Shown: in pieces, positions 61,912 to 64,000 of the stretch
Layout: every line of letters begins with the position of its first letter
How positions within the stretch are numbered: position 1 is the first letter of the stretch
Origin: an uncultured delta proteobacterium
Lineage (GTDB): Bacteria > Myxococcota_A > Polyangia > Polyangiales > JAFGIB01
NCBI GenBank assembly: GCA_963778655.1
Contig: CAVZVA010000003.1
Location: forward strand, 96,001 to 160,000
Length of the DNA: 64,000 bases
Direction: 5' to 3'
Made by a program: the position numbers and the translations under genes
Notes under the pieces: model-generated
Told to the model about the DNA's origin: nothing
Database searches by the model: none
What the model saw: the letters and a program-made list of their open reading frames with translations, nothing else

Positions 61912-63462
61912 TCAGCCGGCCGCGGGCAGGTATGCGAGGAAGGTCGTGCCTTTGCCGGGCTCGCTGTGCAGCTGAACGCCGCCGCGGTGCTGCTGCACGA
62001 TGCCATACACCACGGCCAGCCCGAGCCCGGTGCCCTGGCCCAGGTCCTTGGTGGTGAAGAAGGGCTCGAAGGCGCGCGAGCGCACCTCGGGCCCCATGCC
62101 GGAGCCGGTGTCCGCGACGCTGATCTCGACGTAGCGTCCGCTCTCCGCCCACGGGTGTTGCGCCCGGAACGGCGTGTCCGCGGCCACGCCGCGCACACCG
62201 ATGCGGATCGAGCCGCCGCCGGGCATCGCGTCGCGCGAGTTGATGCAGAGGTTGATCAGCACCTGCTCGAGCTGGGTGCGGTCGGCGCTGACCGACTGAG
62301 GCGGCCCTGCGAGGTCGAGCTCGATCTCGACCCGGTCGCCCAGCATCCTGCGCAGTAGCGGGACCAGCTCGACCAGCAGCTCGGCGAGGTCTACCTCGCT
62401 GGGCTGAAACGGCTGTCGCCGCGCGAAGGCGAGCAGCTGCCGGGTCAGCTCGGCGGCGCGCTCGGCGGCCATCTTGATCTCTACCAGCGCCGAGTGCCGC
62501 GTCGGATCGCGCAGGGCGATCTCGGCGTTGCCCAGGATCACCTGCAGCAGGTTGTTGAAGTCGTGCGCTATGCCGCCGGCCAGCAGGCCCACGCTCTCCA
62601 TCTTCTGCGCCTGCCGCAACTGCTCCTCGAGCACGCGCCGCTCGGTGATGTCCTGCACGGTGCCGATCAGCTTCAGCGGTCGTCCGCCGGCGTCGCGCAC
62701 CACCGCGCCGTGGCCCCACACCGTGCGCACCTCGCCGTCGGGTCGCAGGATGCGGTACTCGCCGGACGTGGCCGGACGGCCGGCCAGCACCCCTGCGGCG
62801 AGCCCGCGGATCGTCTCGGCGTCGTCGGGATGAATGTAGCGGAACGCCGGCGCGGGCTGGTCGCCGTCCGTCGGCGGGGAAAGCCCGTGGATCGCGTAGA
62901 GCTGCTCCGACCACAGCGCCTGACCGCTCGACAGATCCCACTCGTAGCTACCGACCCCCGCGATCTTCTGCACCGCGCGCGACAGCTCGTGGCTGCGTGC
63001 CAGCGCCTGCTCGGTGCGTTTGCGCTCGGTGATGTCCAGGAAGGTGACGACCGCTCCGGTGACCCGGCCGGCGTCGTCGAGCACGGGCAGCGCGCTGAAC
63101 ACCGCCCACACGGTCTCCCCGTCGGGACGTTGCACGCCGATGGTGACGCCGGCCTGACGCTGCCCGGTCGCGAGCGCCCGGGACACCGGGTAGTCGGCCG
63201 CGGGACAGGGCGTGCCGTCTTCGCGCAGGGTCTCGGTGTCGAAATCCTGAACGTAGCGCTGCGCGAGCCGATCGAAACCGAGCCCGAGCACGCGCTGCGC
63301 CTCGGCGTTGGCCGACAGGATTTGGCCATCTGCACCGACGTGGACGACGCCCCCGGGCATCGCCTCGATCAAGGCTTGGTCGAGCCGCACGCCCGGACTG
63401 CCGGTTCCAGGTCGGTCGGGAGCCACCACGGTTACGGTGCGGGAGTCGGCCGCAAGCGTCAA
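61912..63462 (-). CDS. PAS-PAS sensor histidine kinase (no receiver)
   Basis: GGIAHDFNNLL, NLCINSRDAM and FEPFFTTK...GTGLGL; start is uncertain. Confidence 0.92.
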   Translation of the reverse strand: MTLAADSRTVTVVAPDRPGTGSPGVRLDQALIEAMPGGVVHVGADGQILSANAEAQRVLGLGFDRLAQRYVQDFDTETLREDGTPCPAADYPVSRALATGQRQAGVTIGVQRPDGETVWAVFSALPVLDDAGRVTGAVVTFLDITERKRTEQALARSHELSRAVQKIAGVGSYEWDLSSGQALWSEQLYAIHGLSPPTDGDQPAPAFRYIHPDDAETIRGLAAGVLAGRPATSGEYRILRPDGEVRTVWGHGAVVRDAGGRPLKLIGTVQDITERRVLEEQLRQAQKMESVGLLAGGIAHDFNNLLQVILGNAEIALRDPTRHSALVEIKMAAERAAELTRQLLAFARRQPFQPSEVDLAELLVELVPLLRRMLGDRVEIELDLAGPPQSVSADRTQLEQVLINLCINSRDAMPGGGSIRIGVRGVAADTPFRAQHPWAESGRYVEISVADTGSGMGPEVRSRAFEPFFTTKDLGQGTGLGLAVVYGIVQQHRGGVQLHSEPGKGTTFLAYLPAAG

Positions 63463-63595
63463 CGCACAGGCCGTGAGCGAAGCTTCGAGTAGGGCGGCGC
63501 CTTACAAGCACGTACCTGCACGTGTGAACCGATCGATATCAATCATAAAGAGGCCCATTCCATGACCATAAATCGCGTAGTATCATAAATTAGCT

Positions 63596-64000
63596 ATGTC
63601 AGCAGAATATAGCCCCTACCCGCCTGGTAGCTCGATCGCGGGTGGCCGATACGTGCTCGAGGAGGTGATCGGCCGCGGCGGCATGGCGATCGTGTACCGC
63701 GCCCGCAACGCCGCCTCTGGACAGCTGGTGGCGCTCAAGCGTCTGCTCCCGCGCAAGGGCGATGACGAGCAGCTGTCGCGCAGCCGCGAGCTGTTCGAGC
63801 GCGAGTTCCACACGCTCGCCCAACTCGCCCATCCCCGCATCGTGGCCACGCACGACTACGGGCTCGACGGCGACGCGCCCTATTACACGATGGAGCTGCT
63901 CGACGGCGGCGACCTGCTCGAGCGCGCGCCTCTGCCGTGGCGCCAAGCCTGCGCGATCGGACGCGATATTTGCTCCGCGCTCTCGCTGGTGCACTCGCGC
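63596..64000 (+). CDS. Ser/Thr protein kinase, N-terminal part (runs off the window)
   Basis: Hand translation: MSAEYSPYPPGSSIAGGRYVLEEVIGRGGMAIVYRA...VALKRL...HPRIV...YYTMELLDGG. Confidence 0.9.
   Translation, partial: MSAEYSPYPPGSSIAGGRYVLEEVIGRGGMAIVYRARNAASGQLVALKRLLPRKGDDEQLSRSRELFEREFHTLAQLAHPRIVATHDYGLDGDAPYYTMELLDGGDLLERAPLPWRQACAIGRDICSALSLVHSR

Overview
High-GC, myxobacterial-looking window (MYXO-CTERM-like tail, several Ser/Thr kinases, TPR/PEGA and Cys-rich lipoproteins). The main feature is a large RiPP locus (~13.2-35.6 kb) built around an NHLP-type export cassette (TolC, HlyD, C39 peptidase-ABC, second ABC, cNMP-binding protein). It carries a Nif11-type precursor, a second short double-glycine precursor, a B12-radical SAM enzyme with an RRE-like tail, a prolyl oligopeptidase, an HTH-sulfotransferase fusion, a methyltransferase, and an ECF sigma/Ser-Thr kinase pair. 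Most unusual is a tandem paralog pair of radical-SAM/SPASM proteins, each fused to an unnamed HxD...H putative iron-binding domain; the second copy has lost its CxxxCxxC motif. A third double-glycine precursor (244-426) lies just upstream of a gene fragment at the window edge whose N-terminus resembles graspetide ATP-grasp ligases and is absent from the ORF track. The rest holds an esterase/GH11 xylanase in-frame ORF, katG, PAS kinases, diguanylate cyclases, an L,D-transpeptidase, a sulfatase-like protein, a 9-gene TonB/PstS-like uptake operon with Pho-box-like repeats, and a frameshifted SulP-STAS-cNMP gene. No rRNA, tRNA, CRISPR or transposase was recognised. All family calls come from reading motifs by eye; no database searches were run.
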